DNA from: Cetorhinus maximus
Lineage: Eukaryota
Direction: 5' to 3'
DNA: 64,000 nt
NCBI RefSeq assembly: GCF_964194155.1
Contig: NC_135886.1
Location: forward strand, 141,236,001 to 141,300,000
Made by a program: the position numbers and the translations under genes. Below, one piece after another: positions 47,084-58,715 of the stretch; the first letter of the stretch is position 1; every line of letters begins with the position of its first letter. The notes beneath the pieces are model-generated. The model was given only the letters and a program-made list of their open reading frames with translations, had not been told where the DNA came from and did no database searches.

Positions 47084-49117
47084 CTGAGGTTTGGTCAGAA
47101 GGCTGCTGGAGACCAGGACGATGCTGAGTCGAAGGCAGATGATGAGACTCTGGAGTCGTCTATTAGGCGGCAGATGCAGGATGTCCAGCGGGATGTGTGG
47201 GAGGATCTGGTGGAGATCCATGAAGGTATGCTCTGGCCTCTGTTGTGGAGGAGTCCATGCGGAGCATGAGCATTGCGTTGACTGTTGCTGAGCGCACTGC
47301 CTCCTCCAATGAGACTGGCAATTTTCATGGAGAGGCAGCTCCAGGGACAGAATCAGGGGTTCCTGGGTTTGCGCTTGGACCTGCAAGCCCTCACACAGGC
47401 GCTGACCTCAGCTGATCAATGCCAGTGTGGGAGATGGATGAGGCACCCAGTATCCATTAATGACCAGCAGAGAGGTCCAGAGCGACCTCAGGTTGGCATA
47501 AGAGCTGCCTGCCGTCTCTGCGGGCTCCTCTCAGGGTGCTCTGGATGATGGCAGCAGCTCCTCTGCCCTCTGCCAGCGACTGTGGCACCTGATGAGGTTG
47601 CGATGACTGGGGAGATGCCAACTGTGGCACTGGTCGCTCCCTCCCAGGCGGAGCCAGCACAGGCTCCACTGGCCAGAGGATCATTGCCAAGGTCATCAAG
47701 GCCAACAAGACACCAGAGTCAGCAGCTGCCTCCAATGCTGCTGCCAGCGAGGCGGGGGGGTGGGGAGCACCAATATGTAGCACTCGCAAACATAGGTTTA
47801 AACACAAGAGGGTGCCTCTGTTCTTGGGTGACGGAGAGGCATCATGAGCCACCTTTTCAATGGGTAGCCCTTGTCACCCTGCAGCCATCCATCCAGTTGG
47901 GTTGGAGTGCTGAATAGCCTCGGCACCTGGGAGTGTCCCAGGGTATAAGCATCATGGGAGCTGCCAGGGTACCTTGTACAGACTTGCAGAATCTGCGTCC
48001 TGTGGTCACACACTATGTAGAGGTTTATTGAATGGAATCCCTTTTTGTTGACGAAGGCACCCGGCTGACTCGCTGGTGCCTTGATGGCCACACGTGTGCA
48101 GTCGATTGCAACCTGGATGTGGGGGAACCCAGCAATCGCTGGCCTCGTCTGTACGGTAATGAATAAGTGTCAGTACCCGTCTGAACAGAGCTTCTGTCAC
48201 CAGCTTGATGCAACTGTGGACAGCTGATTGGGAGACTCCACAAAGATCACCCACTGATCCCTGGAAAGAGCCGGAGGCATAGAAGTTGAGGGTCACTGTG
48301 ACCTTCAGAGCCACTGGCATGGGGTCTCCAACCATACAGTCGGAGCTGATCTCAGGCCCAATCATCTGACAGATGAAGGTCACAGTCTCCCTGGAGTGTG
48401 GCATTGCACCTCAGACATATTGAGGTAGCTGCATCACCACCTGTAAACCCTGGCAGCAGGATAGTGGCATCTTCTGCAGCCCCTTCCACTTTGGACTACC
48501 TGCTGGCCCTGCGCCCCTTGTGCCTGCGCCTCTCCTCCCACAGGTACCTCCCCTGGAAGCTGCATAGGGACACCTGGCCTCCTCTCCCTTCTGCCCCTCT
48601 CTTCCTCAGAGGAGGAGGTACCTCCAGTGGAGACCACAATCCCCATTTCCAGAGTGACAGAAGGCTGCCTGGTGACTGGAAGGGTCCACATGGTCAAAAT
48701 CCTCCGGGGGGCCTTGGAGACACCAATGAGTCCTGAAATGAAGCTTAGAAATGCTAAGACTGAAGCTCAGAACAGAGATGAAGCTGTCATGTTCAAATAA
48801 GCAACCGGCAAACTATCTCCAAAACTCCCCACTACTCACACTGGCAATGGTGATAACCCTTTTTATCCCGCCCTTAGATGAGGTTTTGCAAAATGTAGGC
48901 TGCCCGCCTGCCTGTTTTTCCCATAGTGTGAATTTGCACGGGCAATGTAAAATCCGGTTCAGTTGGGTTTTTAATGGCCTCTTAATTGATGGTGGGCACG
49001 GCTCCGACACCTGCGCCTGCCCACCTACCTGAAGATTGCGCGTGTACGGGGTGACATCGGGATGCTCGCCCATCGTCTTCCTGTGCTATTTTACGCGTGA
49101 GGCGTAAAATTCTGCTC
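47084..49117. mobile_element. PIF/Harbinger DNA transposon remnant (family A), one TIR retained
   Basis: Transposase on the minus strand; right end CGTAAAATTCTGCTC; subterminal region homologous to the family A MITEs. Confidence 0.85.
47798..48700 (-). pseudogene. Harbinger (HARBI1-family) DDE transposase pseudogene
   Basis: ALKVTVTLNFYASGSFQGSVGDLCGVSQSAV; DCTHVAIKAP; NKKGFHSINLYIVCD; YPGSSHDAY; GDKGYPLKRWLMMP. Frameshifted and truncated before the last catalytic residue. Confidence 0.92.
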
Positions 49118-49307
49118 TGGGTCTGATACCTGAACGTATCTCCCCTCCAGCATGTGGGTGGCGGGGTTCAGGGTCTAATTGTCGATGGCTGCCATAAACC
49201 CAGTTAAACTGTTTTATTAAAGACTAATTCTCAAAATGCGAACGTTCCCAGCAAAGTCAGTATTAATGCTCACCCCCAGATGTCCTTGAGAAGATCATGA
49301 TGAGACT

Positions 49308-49612
49308 TTAAACTGAGGCCCTCTCTGCCCTTTCAGGCGGGTGCCAAAGATCCCTGGATGTTATTTCACAGGAAAGCAGGGGGCTTCTCCCTGGTGCACT
49401 GGTCAAGATTTATCACTTACCCAACATCACGAACAGAGATTATCTAGTTATCATCATATTGCTGTTTGTTGGAGTTTGCTGTGTGCAAATTTGTTCATGT
49501 GTTTTCAACATTACAAAGTGACAACACATCAAAATAAGGGATCTAATTGACTGTAAACGGCTTTGGGATGTTCTGAGGTCATGAATGACGCTTTATAAAT
49601 GCAAATTATTTC
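49308..49612 (+). mobile_element. DeuSINE 3' half
   Basis: AAACTGAGGCCCTCTCTGCCCTTTCAGG core; ATAAATGCAAA tail. Confidence 0.7.
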
Positions 49613-50489
49613 TTCTTGAACTGCTGCAAACTGGTGTAGGTACCCTCTCAGTGCTGTAAGGAGACAGTTCCAGGATTCCAGCCCATCGTGTAAAACTATC
49701 CAAGTCAGGACGTTGTGTGGTTTGGAGGGGAACTTGCAGGTGGTGGTGTTCCCATGCATCTGCTGCAGCAAAGAATACAGGCAGCTAAGGACAAAAGGCA
49801 AGCTAGAAAGACTAGCCTCTCCCAACAAAATTTATCCTAGCCTGCGTTGTGGAAAACGAGGCAGCTCTGCAATCGGACTCTACAGCCACATTAGAACAAA
49901 CAGGTGACTCTATGCACACAAGAAACAACCATCTTTGATAACAAAGGGAAACCAACAGCATCAACCGAGTCCTTGTCCTTATAATTAGTAGATTAGTGGG
50001 TTTTCCGAAGGACTTACCTCAATGAATCCAGCAACATTATGGACACTATCAGCTGTGCAAGAGCCATGAGTCGGCAGCTGGGAACATCACAATGGAATCA
50101 ACCCAATGTAACGGCTCCCTGATCAGATCAGGTAATGTAGCACAGATTGGCAATGGATGCCAGAGATGCTCCAGCCTGTAAAACTCAGGGAAACACACTG
50201 AGTCGTCAAGAGGTTAATAATGACCATCTGAATTTATTTTTTAATTACATCCAGAAACAATGCCGAACTATATCCAGCTTTTTTTTCCCTGTCAATAGTG
50301 TGCATTTCTCTATTGTTCTGCTTCTTGCTGAAGAGTGTATTGGCCTTGGCAGAATGAATGTATTTCTTGAACACATTTCAACAGGCAGCAGTTCCATTGT
50401 TTCCTCCATCAGTTTTCTCTTGGCTGGTTCAAGGCCTGGAATTGGGGTTCATTTCTACAGCAACACAAAAGCAGGAAGACGACATTAAG

Positions 50490-51070
50490 TTTGCATAAGC
50501 CCTTGGTTAGACCACACCTGAAATATTACTCACAGTTCTGTTCCCCACGCTGCAAAAAGGATAAAGAAGAAGTAGGGAAAGTGTGACAATGATTTACAAT
50601 GATTTAGCAGAATTGAAAGCATGTAACTGTCAGGGAAGGACTGAACAGTTTTGGCTGCTTTTCTCGAGGAAAGCGAAGACTAAGAGGAGACTTGATAGAG
50701 AACTTTAAAATCATGAGGGTGGTCTATAAGATAAATATGGAAAAACGTTTTCCATTTTCAGATGAGACCAGAATAAGGAGTATAAACATAAGGTCACTAA
50801 CAGGGCAAATAAAGAACTTAGGACAAATGCCTTTACACTGTGAGGGGTATCAATGAGGAACTTATTGCCACTCGCATGGTTGAAGGAGAGAGCATTCTTA
50901 CATTTGATTAGTGGGAGTTTGATCCAGACATGAGGAAGAGGGAGGCGGGGGAAATGCAGGGAGAAGGTGGGAAGAGGTAGTTCAAGTGGAAGGGGGCTGG
51001 TGTGGAGCATAGACCAGCATGGACTAGTGGGGTCAAATGGTCTGTTTGTGTGCTGTAGATTGTATGTAAG
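50490..51070 (+). mobile_element. Old CR1 3' fragment
   Basis: ALVRPHLKY..QFC.P and GACTAAGAGGAGACTTGATAGAG (RLRGDLIE). Confidence 0.75.
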
Positions 51071-52559
51071 TTATTGAGACTGAGTGCAGGAAGCAGCCTA
51101 CTCAGTGTGATTTGCTGTAATAAACATCATCACAAAGATCCTGGCAGATAACGGAAAAAAAGGTTGCCTGCTGCACAAAATAGAGATAAAGCAAGGCAGT
51201 GATCTGGACCTACAAATCCCTGAGTTATAGAGAAGGAATAATCTCCCAAATCTTCCTTTGCTGAACATTATGAAGTGTCCCTACTGTAAGTGACCAGGTG
51301 TGAAGAGCAATAGAGGGTAGGGTTCAGCTGTAATGGTGGAATAGATTGCACACAATCGTTGTTCCACATGAAGAACGTAGGCACTTGGGCCAGACAGCAA
51401 TGGGGGACTTGGGAACTTGGGATCTATGGAACTATCACCCAGCAATAAGACAATGCCTTCAGCGGACAAAATGACAGGGAAGAACATGAGTCAGAGCAGA
51501 TCATCTGGAATAATGATTGATAAATAGAGGAGCTGCAAAATTAGGAGTTAAAAATGTTTCAAGTTTAGAGGAATCCAGCCAAAACATTTGCTATTGTTAA
51601 TATGACAAGCAATGAAATATACTATGGCCCAGCTTGAACGAATATACATGTTACTGCCAACCTTCACTTGTGGGTCAATCAAAGTGACAGTCAAATATAA
51701 GAAATAGGAGCAGGAGTAAACCACGTAGCCCGTTGCGCCTGCTCCACCATTCGATACGATTGTGGGTAAAGTGGAGTATCATGTACCTTTAAGAGAATGC
51801 AAGTGGACTAACCATGTGACAGTACTGACCAATCACTGTACAGCACGGGCTACTGATTAACAGGAAGTCTCGAGCTGGAGGTGTTTGTGGGAACATGATT
51901 GGCCCCTTATCCTGAGACTGTGCCCCAGTGTTTTGGGTTCCCCAGCTAACAAGAACAATCTCTCAGCATCCATCCTATCAAGCCCCTTCAGAATTTTATA
52001 GGTTGCATTGAGTTCGCCTCTCATTCTTCTAGACTCCAGAGAATAAAGTAGTAGTGTGTCGCTAAAGACTCTGTTTTTACAGCTGATGAGCCATGAGCTT
52101 GAACACTTTAGCATATGAAGAACCAGCCGGGTAGTGTGGGACTGAAGTCACATGGAGACCAGACCATGCTTTGATAGCAAGTTTCATTCCCTGAAGGACA
52201 TTATTGAACCAATGGAGTTTTTATGATGATCCGCATTTCATGGTGTTTGTTCTCTGAAGCCAGTCTACAAATCAATTGACGTATTGGTACAGAAATTTAT
52301 CTTGAGCTCAAAAGCAAAGCAGGTAGTATCACATTGGCTGTTACACTCTGCTAATTGATTATTGAATGTTTTCCATTGTGTCCAGGTGGTGGGCACTTAA
52401 TATACACAGACTGAAACTGTGTTTGGTGAGTTAGGAGGTGTATGCTTGTAATGTGTAATGACCAAAGTCAGAATCAGCATTCAACCGGGACCAAAACCAC
52501 ATGAGTTTCAAATGGAAAAGCCCCAGAAGATGTTCACCATAGGATTTTGAGGGAAAGGA

Positions 52560-52809
52560 CAGGCTGGAGAAACTTCTTTAGCCAGAGAGTGGTGAATCTA
52601 TGGAATTCATTGCCACAGAAGGCTTTGTAGGCCAGGTCATTGAGTGTATTTAAGACCGAGATAGATAGGTTCTTGATTGGTAAGGGGATCAAAGGTTACG
52701 GGGAGAAGGTGGGAGAATGGGGTTGAGAAACTTATCAGCCATGATTGAATGGCACAGCAGACTCGATGGGCTGAATGGCCTAATTTCTGCTCCTATGTCT
52801 TATGGTCTT
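52560..52809 (+). mobile_element. Young CR1 3' end
   Basis: RVVNLWNSLPQK; 3' UTR near-identical to 34294-34423. Confidence 0.85.
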
Positions 52810-53174
52810 TTGGGTTGGTGTGGAATTACTTGGGCAGCTCTTTGAAAGAGCCAGCATAAACAAAAAGAAAAGAAAGATTTGCATCTTACATAATGTCTTT
52901 CACGACCTCATGTTATCCCACAATGCATTTCCTTAAATGGTGTTATGAGATTTTGTTACTCCTGAAAGAGCAGATTCAGACTTGGTTCATCGTCTCATTC
53001 TGAAGGGCTGCACATATGACAATGCACCGCTCTTAGAAATTATGTTCATCTCTCTGGGAATAGGATTTAAAACCACAACCCACTGAGTTAAGTTTAATGC
53101 ACAATATGCCAAATAAGCTCTTTCTGTGCTATAAGATTTTGCTGATATAGACATGGCTGACAAGAACCACATTT

Positions 53175-54745
53175 TAAGGACATCTCCTCAGGGCTGGAGA
53201 GGAACCTGGAGTGGGAGCGGAGGGATCCAGTTGTCGTCATCCACGTTGGTACCAACGACATTGATAGGGCTAGAAAGGAGGTTCTGCTGAAAGAATTTGA
53301 ACAGTTAGGAGCTAGGCAAACTGGCATAGGGTAAATAAAGTCAAGGAGTTAAATGCGTGGCTCAAAGATTGGTGTGGGAGGAATGGGTTTCAGTTCATGG
53401 GGCACTGGCATCAGTACTGGGGGGAGAAGGGAGCTATTCCGGTGGGATGGGCTTCACTTGAGCTGTGCTGGGACCAGTGTCCTGGTGAACTGAATAACGA
53501 GGACTTTAAACTAAATAGAGTGTGGGAGGGTTCTGGAGAGGGGATAAGTAGGCTTACAAAGCAAAAGGATATGGTGGCATTGCAGGGCAGCCATTTAGGT
53601 AATGATACCCAGTTGTGACAGGAAGGGACAGAGTATCCAAATATAAAAAAAAGCAGCAAATAGGGTCAAAGGAGAAAAAGATGGGAAAAAGGCAAAATTA
53701 ATGGCTCTTTACTGAAATGCACGTAGTATTAGGAACAAAATAAATGAATAAATGGCATAAATAGTGGTTAATGGGTCTGATCTTAAAGCCATTATAGAGA
53801 TGAGATTACAAGGAGATCAAAGCTGGGAACTAAATATTCAGGGGAATGGGACTTTTCAAAAGGACAGATAGGAAAGAAAGGGTGTTGGGGTAGCTTTGTT
53901 AGTACGAGATAGAATACGTACAATAGCAAGAAAGGATCTTGGGTCGGAAGATGTAGAATCCATAAGGGTGGAGGTAAGAAATAACAAGGGGAAGAAGACA
54001 CTGGTGGGAGTAGTCTATAGGCTCCCTAACAGTAGCTATGCTGTAGGACAGAGAATAAATCAGGAGATAATGAGGGCATATAAAAAAGGCAGTTCATTAA
54101 TCATGGGTGATTTTTATCTTCATGTAGATTGGGAAAATCAAATTGGCAGAGGTAGCCATGAGAAAAAGTTCATAGAGTGTATTCGGGACTCTTTCCTAGA
54201 ACAATATGTTGTGGATCCAACCAGGAATCAGGCTATTTTGGATCTGGTAATGTGTAACGAGTTAGGTTTAATAACTGATCTCAGAGTAAAAGATCCCCTT
54301 AGAAACAGCGACTATAACATGGTGGAATTTAGCATTCAGTTTGAGAGTAAGAAACTTAATTCAGAAACAACTGTGCTAAATTTAAATAAGGGCAATTACA
54401 AAGGAATGAGGGCAGGCTTGGCTGCAGTGGACTGGGAAGTGAGTTTAGCAGAAAAGGTGAACAATAGCAGATGTTTAAGAAAATAGTTCATGACTCGCAA
54501 CAAAGATATATCCTAGTGAGGAATAAGGATTGTAGGAAAGGGATAAACCAACCACGGTTAACCAAGGAAGTTAAGGATAGTAACAAAGTGAAAGAAAAAC
54601 ATACGATGTGGCAAAAATTGATGGTAAGTCAGAGGATTGGGAAAGTTTTAAAAACCAACAGAAGATGACCAAAAAAAATAAAGAGGGAGAAAATAAACTA
54701 TGAGGGTAAACTAGCAAGTAATATAAAAATGGACAGTAAGAGCTT
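53175..54745 (+). mobile_element. CR1 LINE 5' part: ORF1 SGNH esterase plus ORF2 APE endonuclease
   Basis: PVVVIHVGTNDI (SGNH GxND block) at ~53228; ORF 53896-54486 VGVVYRLPNS..IMGDF..LDLVMCN..SDYNMV. Confidence 0.9.
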
Positions 54746-55052
54746 GTTAAGGTGATGATGTTCCCGCAACATCTTTGATTTTCAGTCTATGAGGTGTCAA
54801 GGGTTATGGAGGGGAGGAGGCAGGGAAGTGGGCTGAGGTCACAATCAGCTCAGCCATTATCTGACTGAATGCCAGAGCAGGCTTGATGGGCCAAATGGCC
54901 TACTCCTGATCCCATTTCTTATGTTTGGACTTTCTTACACTGTTGCTCTTCTTGTTCCTCTCAGTAATGAAGGTGCCAAAGGTGCTGATAAAAACAGATA
55001 TTAATGTTTAAATATAGAAAATATACACAGCAGTGAGGCTCAGTGTTGGCAG

Positions 55053-55742
55053 CACCACCACCACCCCCCACCCTCCCCACCACGCCCAACACAACACCCT
55101 CCCCACCACCCCCCAACCCCACACACCACCCCCCGCCCCACACAACACCCTCCCCACCACCCCATACACCAGCCCCCGCCCCACACAACACCCTCCCCAC
55201 CACCCCCCAACCCCACACACCACCCCCCGCCCCACACAACACCCTCCCCACCACCCCATACACCAGCCCCCGCCCCACACAACACCCTCCCCACCACGCC
55301 CCCCACCCCCCAATCCCCTACACACCAACACCCCCCCCACTCCAACCCTCCCTCCCCACCACCCCCCAGTCCACCCCACACACCACACCCCTCCACACCA
55401 GCCCCCACCCCCCCACCCCACACCCATCCCCCCACCCCACACACACAACCCCCCACCCCCCCCACACATCAACCCCCCACCCCCCCCCACACCAACCCCC
55501 CCTCCCCACCAACCCCCCACCACCCCGACACAACGCCCCCCACCACCCCACACAACACCCCCCCCACACAATCCCCCACCACACACCACCACCCCCACCA
55601 CCCTCCCCACACAACACCCTCCCCACCACCCCCCCACACACCACTCCCCCCACCCCCCCACCCCACACACCACCCCACCCACTCCCACCACCCCCGGACA
55701 CAATGCCCCCCCACCCCACCCACACACCACACCCCCCACCCA
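55053..55742. repeat. C/A-rich minisatellite (G-quadruplex-prone on the minus strand)
   Basis: CACAACACCCTCCCCACCAC recurs at ~55090, 55141, 55183, 55234, 55278 and 55608. Confidence 0.9.
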
Positions 55743-56151
55743 CATCCTGGAGGAGCAGAAATGGCTGTTTCTCCTGTTCATACATCACTTCATATGCAGA
55801 CATTCCTCTTTGACCAGGGTGATGAGGGCCATGTGCAAGAAGCCTCACACGGACACTTTTCTGCTTGTCTCCACCTTCCTTGTAACTCTATAGAGAGACC
55901 ACTGCCTTGGAAGCACAGAAGGCTAACCACATGATCCCTTGTCAGCCATGACCATTCACCCGGGAGGATGGCTGTTTGGAGTTGCGAGTTGGCTGACATC
56001 CACCAGCCCTTACCCTCGGAGAGATCCACCTCCCTCCCTCACCCCTGCCTCTGACTGCAGCCGATAGTAAATGCCAATAGCAGCTCCACACCTTGCTGCG
56101 GTCTCAAGGTTATGAGCCACATGAGTCGGAAACAAACCTGGTGCCTTGTGG

Positions 56152-56293
56152 AACAAGAACAGAATTACCTGGAAAAACTCAGCAGGTCTGGCAGCATCGG
56201 CGGAGAAGAAAAGAGTTGACATTTCGAGTCCTCATGACCCTTCAACAGAACTTGTTTTGGATTTCCAGCATCCGCAGTTTTTTGTTTTTATCT
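56152..56293. mobile_element. Penelope pLTR micro-insertion with HHR fold and 14-bp TSD
   Basis: TSD CTGGTGCCTTGTGG at 56138-56151 and 56294-56307. Minus-strand HHR AGTT-CTGTTGA-A-GGGTC-ATGAG-GACTC-GAAA-TGTC-AACT plus an inverted 42-nt tail. Confidence 0.85.
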
Positions 56294-56917
56294 CTGGTGC
56301 CTTGTGGGCTTCACCATGGAGTGAGGATCAGAGCTCAGCATTGTTCTTATACAGTTTCCTCATGGTTATTAGGGTGTCCCTGTCGTCGGCCAATTGTACT
56401 GATTTTGAAGGCCACCCACCCGAAAGGCCCTCCTCCCACTTCGAGGTATCACAGTTTTACATCGAATGTGATGCATTTTTATAACTGGAAAGATGGTGCG
56501 CATTTCTTTCCAGTCTCATTCCACCACCTTCTACCCTTCCCCTGTCACCGACCAACTTCCCCCCATCACCACTGACCTACCCAATATCCCATTCCTCTCC
56601 CTTCTGCCACCTTTTAACCTCTGCCCCCCTCTCCCGATGCCCTGGGCCCTATAACCATCCACATCCACATGCCTTTCCTCCACTCAGCACCCACACCCAT
56701 TACCGTCCCCATGCCCACCCTGACCTTGCACCCTGCAGTAACCTGTGCCACATGTCCTGTTCCCTCTCTGTGACCCACCCGATGATGCCTTGAACTGCCA
56801 GACTAACACCCTGACCCTCACGCATTACACCTCCCCCTTTGACTACGACTGTTCCCTTTTACCACCTGGGTTCGCTCCCCTAGGACCCCACCGTCCCCCC
56901 TCTCTAACTCAATGTCA

Positions 56918-57170
56918 ACCATCCCTGGACACCACCCCCCCCACCATCCCCGGACACCACCCCCTCCCACAACCTTCCCCAGACACCCCCTCTCCCCACA
57001 ACCTTCCCCGGACACCTACTCCCCCCACAACCATCCCGGACACCACCCCACCCCCCAACCATCCCCGGACACACCACCCCCAAACTTCCCCGGACACCAC
57101 CCCCCTCAACCTTCCCCGGACACCCTCCCCCATCTTTCCCCAGATGCCACCCCCCCCAACCATCCCCCGT
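56918..57170. repeat. ~22-24-bp minisatellite (CCCCGGACACCACCCCC..CAACC)
   Basis: About 10 degenerate units. Confidence 0.85.
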
Positions 57171-57259
57171 AAGCCTGCCTTCCCTGTCCAGCCTTGGAGC
57201 TGCCGGTGATAGACACACCCACATTGTCACTCTCTTAAAGGTGGCGAAAGCAGCATCTA

Positions 57260-57609
57260 CAGACCTCGAGGTGATTGATGAAGTGAGACTTGCCACGTGC
57301 ACACCAGACACGTACAGTCGTGAAACATATTGTTCCAATTATCCACTGGGGGGGGTAATGAACGTGGAGGGCGATTGTGATTCCAGCGAGTTGGGCTCTT
57401 AATGGGCATTCATGGGATGCAAATGAATGCGAATGTGGTTCCCGACATAGCTCAACGGGAAAGTCGAGACATGTTAACCCGCTAAATTCGGGATAACAAA
57501 ATTCAAAACTAATTTCCCACCAGTGGGAAACGGACTTTTCCCATTATTCTGGATTTTGTGCCCTGGCCTGCCATGATTCCCACTGATAACGGGAGCAGAA
57601 AATTCCAGC
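57260..57609. mobile_element. Terminal segment of Harbinger-like family B
   Basis: Colinear with 500-850; ends AAAATTCCAGC. Confidence 0.6.
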
Positions 57610-57611
57610 AC

Positions 57612-57838
57612 CTGAAATTTATCATCGGTTGTCGTAAAACCCATCTGGTTCACTAATGTCCTTTAGAGAAGGAAATCTGCTATCCTCACCTGGCCTGGTC
57701 TACATGTGACTCCAGACCCACTGTAGCGTGGTTGATTCTTAACTGTCCTCTGAAATGTTCAGTTCAAAGGGAATTAGGGATGGGCAACAAATGTTGCTTT
57801 GCCGCCGATGCCCTCATCCCATGAAAGAATAAAAAAAC
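57612..57838 (+). mobile_element. Second SINE family, 3' half
   Basis: CCCATCTGGTTCACTAATGTCC core; tail TTAGGGATGGGCAACAAATG...CATCCCATGAA. Confidence 0.75.
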
Positions 57839-58715
57839 TTGCATGGACGCAGCACCTTCAACATAGTAAAACATCCCAAGCTGCCTCACAAGAGTGGGAT
57901 CAGGCAAGATTGCTGCCATTAATACAGGTGACCTCCAAAGAGAGGTTTTAAAGAGCTTCTTAAAGGCAGAAGGAGATACAAAAAGGCTGAGAGGTTAAGG
58001 AGGGGATTTTAGAACTTAGGGTATAGTTAGCTATAGGCATGGCCAATGGGTACGATACAGGGATGGGGACGTGCGTAAGAGGCCAGAGTTCTCTGAACAC
58101 AGGGCACCTAGATAATTGTAGGGCTGGAAGAGGCTACAGAAATAGAGGGAGATTTGAACATTTTAAAATCAAAGCATTGGTGGACCAGGAGCCAATGTAG
58201 GCAAGCAAGTGCAAAGGTGATGGTTAAACAGCACTTGTTTAGTTAGGATGTGGGCAGGCAGCAGAGTTTGGATGACCTTAAGTTTATGAGGGGGGTGGAA
58301 GACTGGAGGCCAGCTTGGGGACGATTGGAATAGTCGAGTCCAGTGGTACCAAAGGCATGGATGAGGATTTCCACAACAGTTGGGCTGAGACAGCATTGGA
58401 GTTCACTGATGTTAGGGAGATGGGGGTAGGTGGTCTTGATGATAGAGAGGGTGTGGGGTTCAAAGTTCAGCCGTGGATGCGAGAGAGCATCATGGTTGCA
58501 AACAGTCTGGTTTACCCTCAAACGGACCAGAGATGGAGTCAGTGGCTAGGGAACAGAGTTTGTAATAGGGCCAAAGACAAGGGTTTCAGCCTTCCCAATA
58601 TTCAATTCAAGGAATCTTTTGTTCTTCCAATTCTGGATCCCAGACGATCAGCGTGACAAATCAGAGGCAGTGGAGGTGGTGGTGAGATGCAGCATTGGAA
58701 ACATCGAGCATGGAG
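57838..58715 (-). mobile_element. L2 fragment
   Basis: EILIHAFGTTGLDYSN (L2 LIHAFVTSRLDYCN motif). Confidence 0.8.

Noticed and set aside
47798-48700. Domesticated host gene HARBI1
   Set aside because: Frameshifted, truncated and attached to a TIR shared with MITEs, so it is a transposon copy.
54961-55893. Long Pro/His/Thr-rich and Gly/Val/Trp-rich ORFs (up to 286 aa)
   Set aside because: Artefacts of a C/A minisatellite lacking stop codons; open in nearly all frames on both strands.
56745-57338. Proline-rich ORFs
   Set aside because: Same cause: a 22-24-bp C-rich minisatellite.
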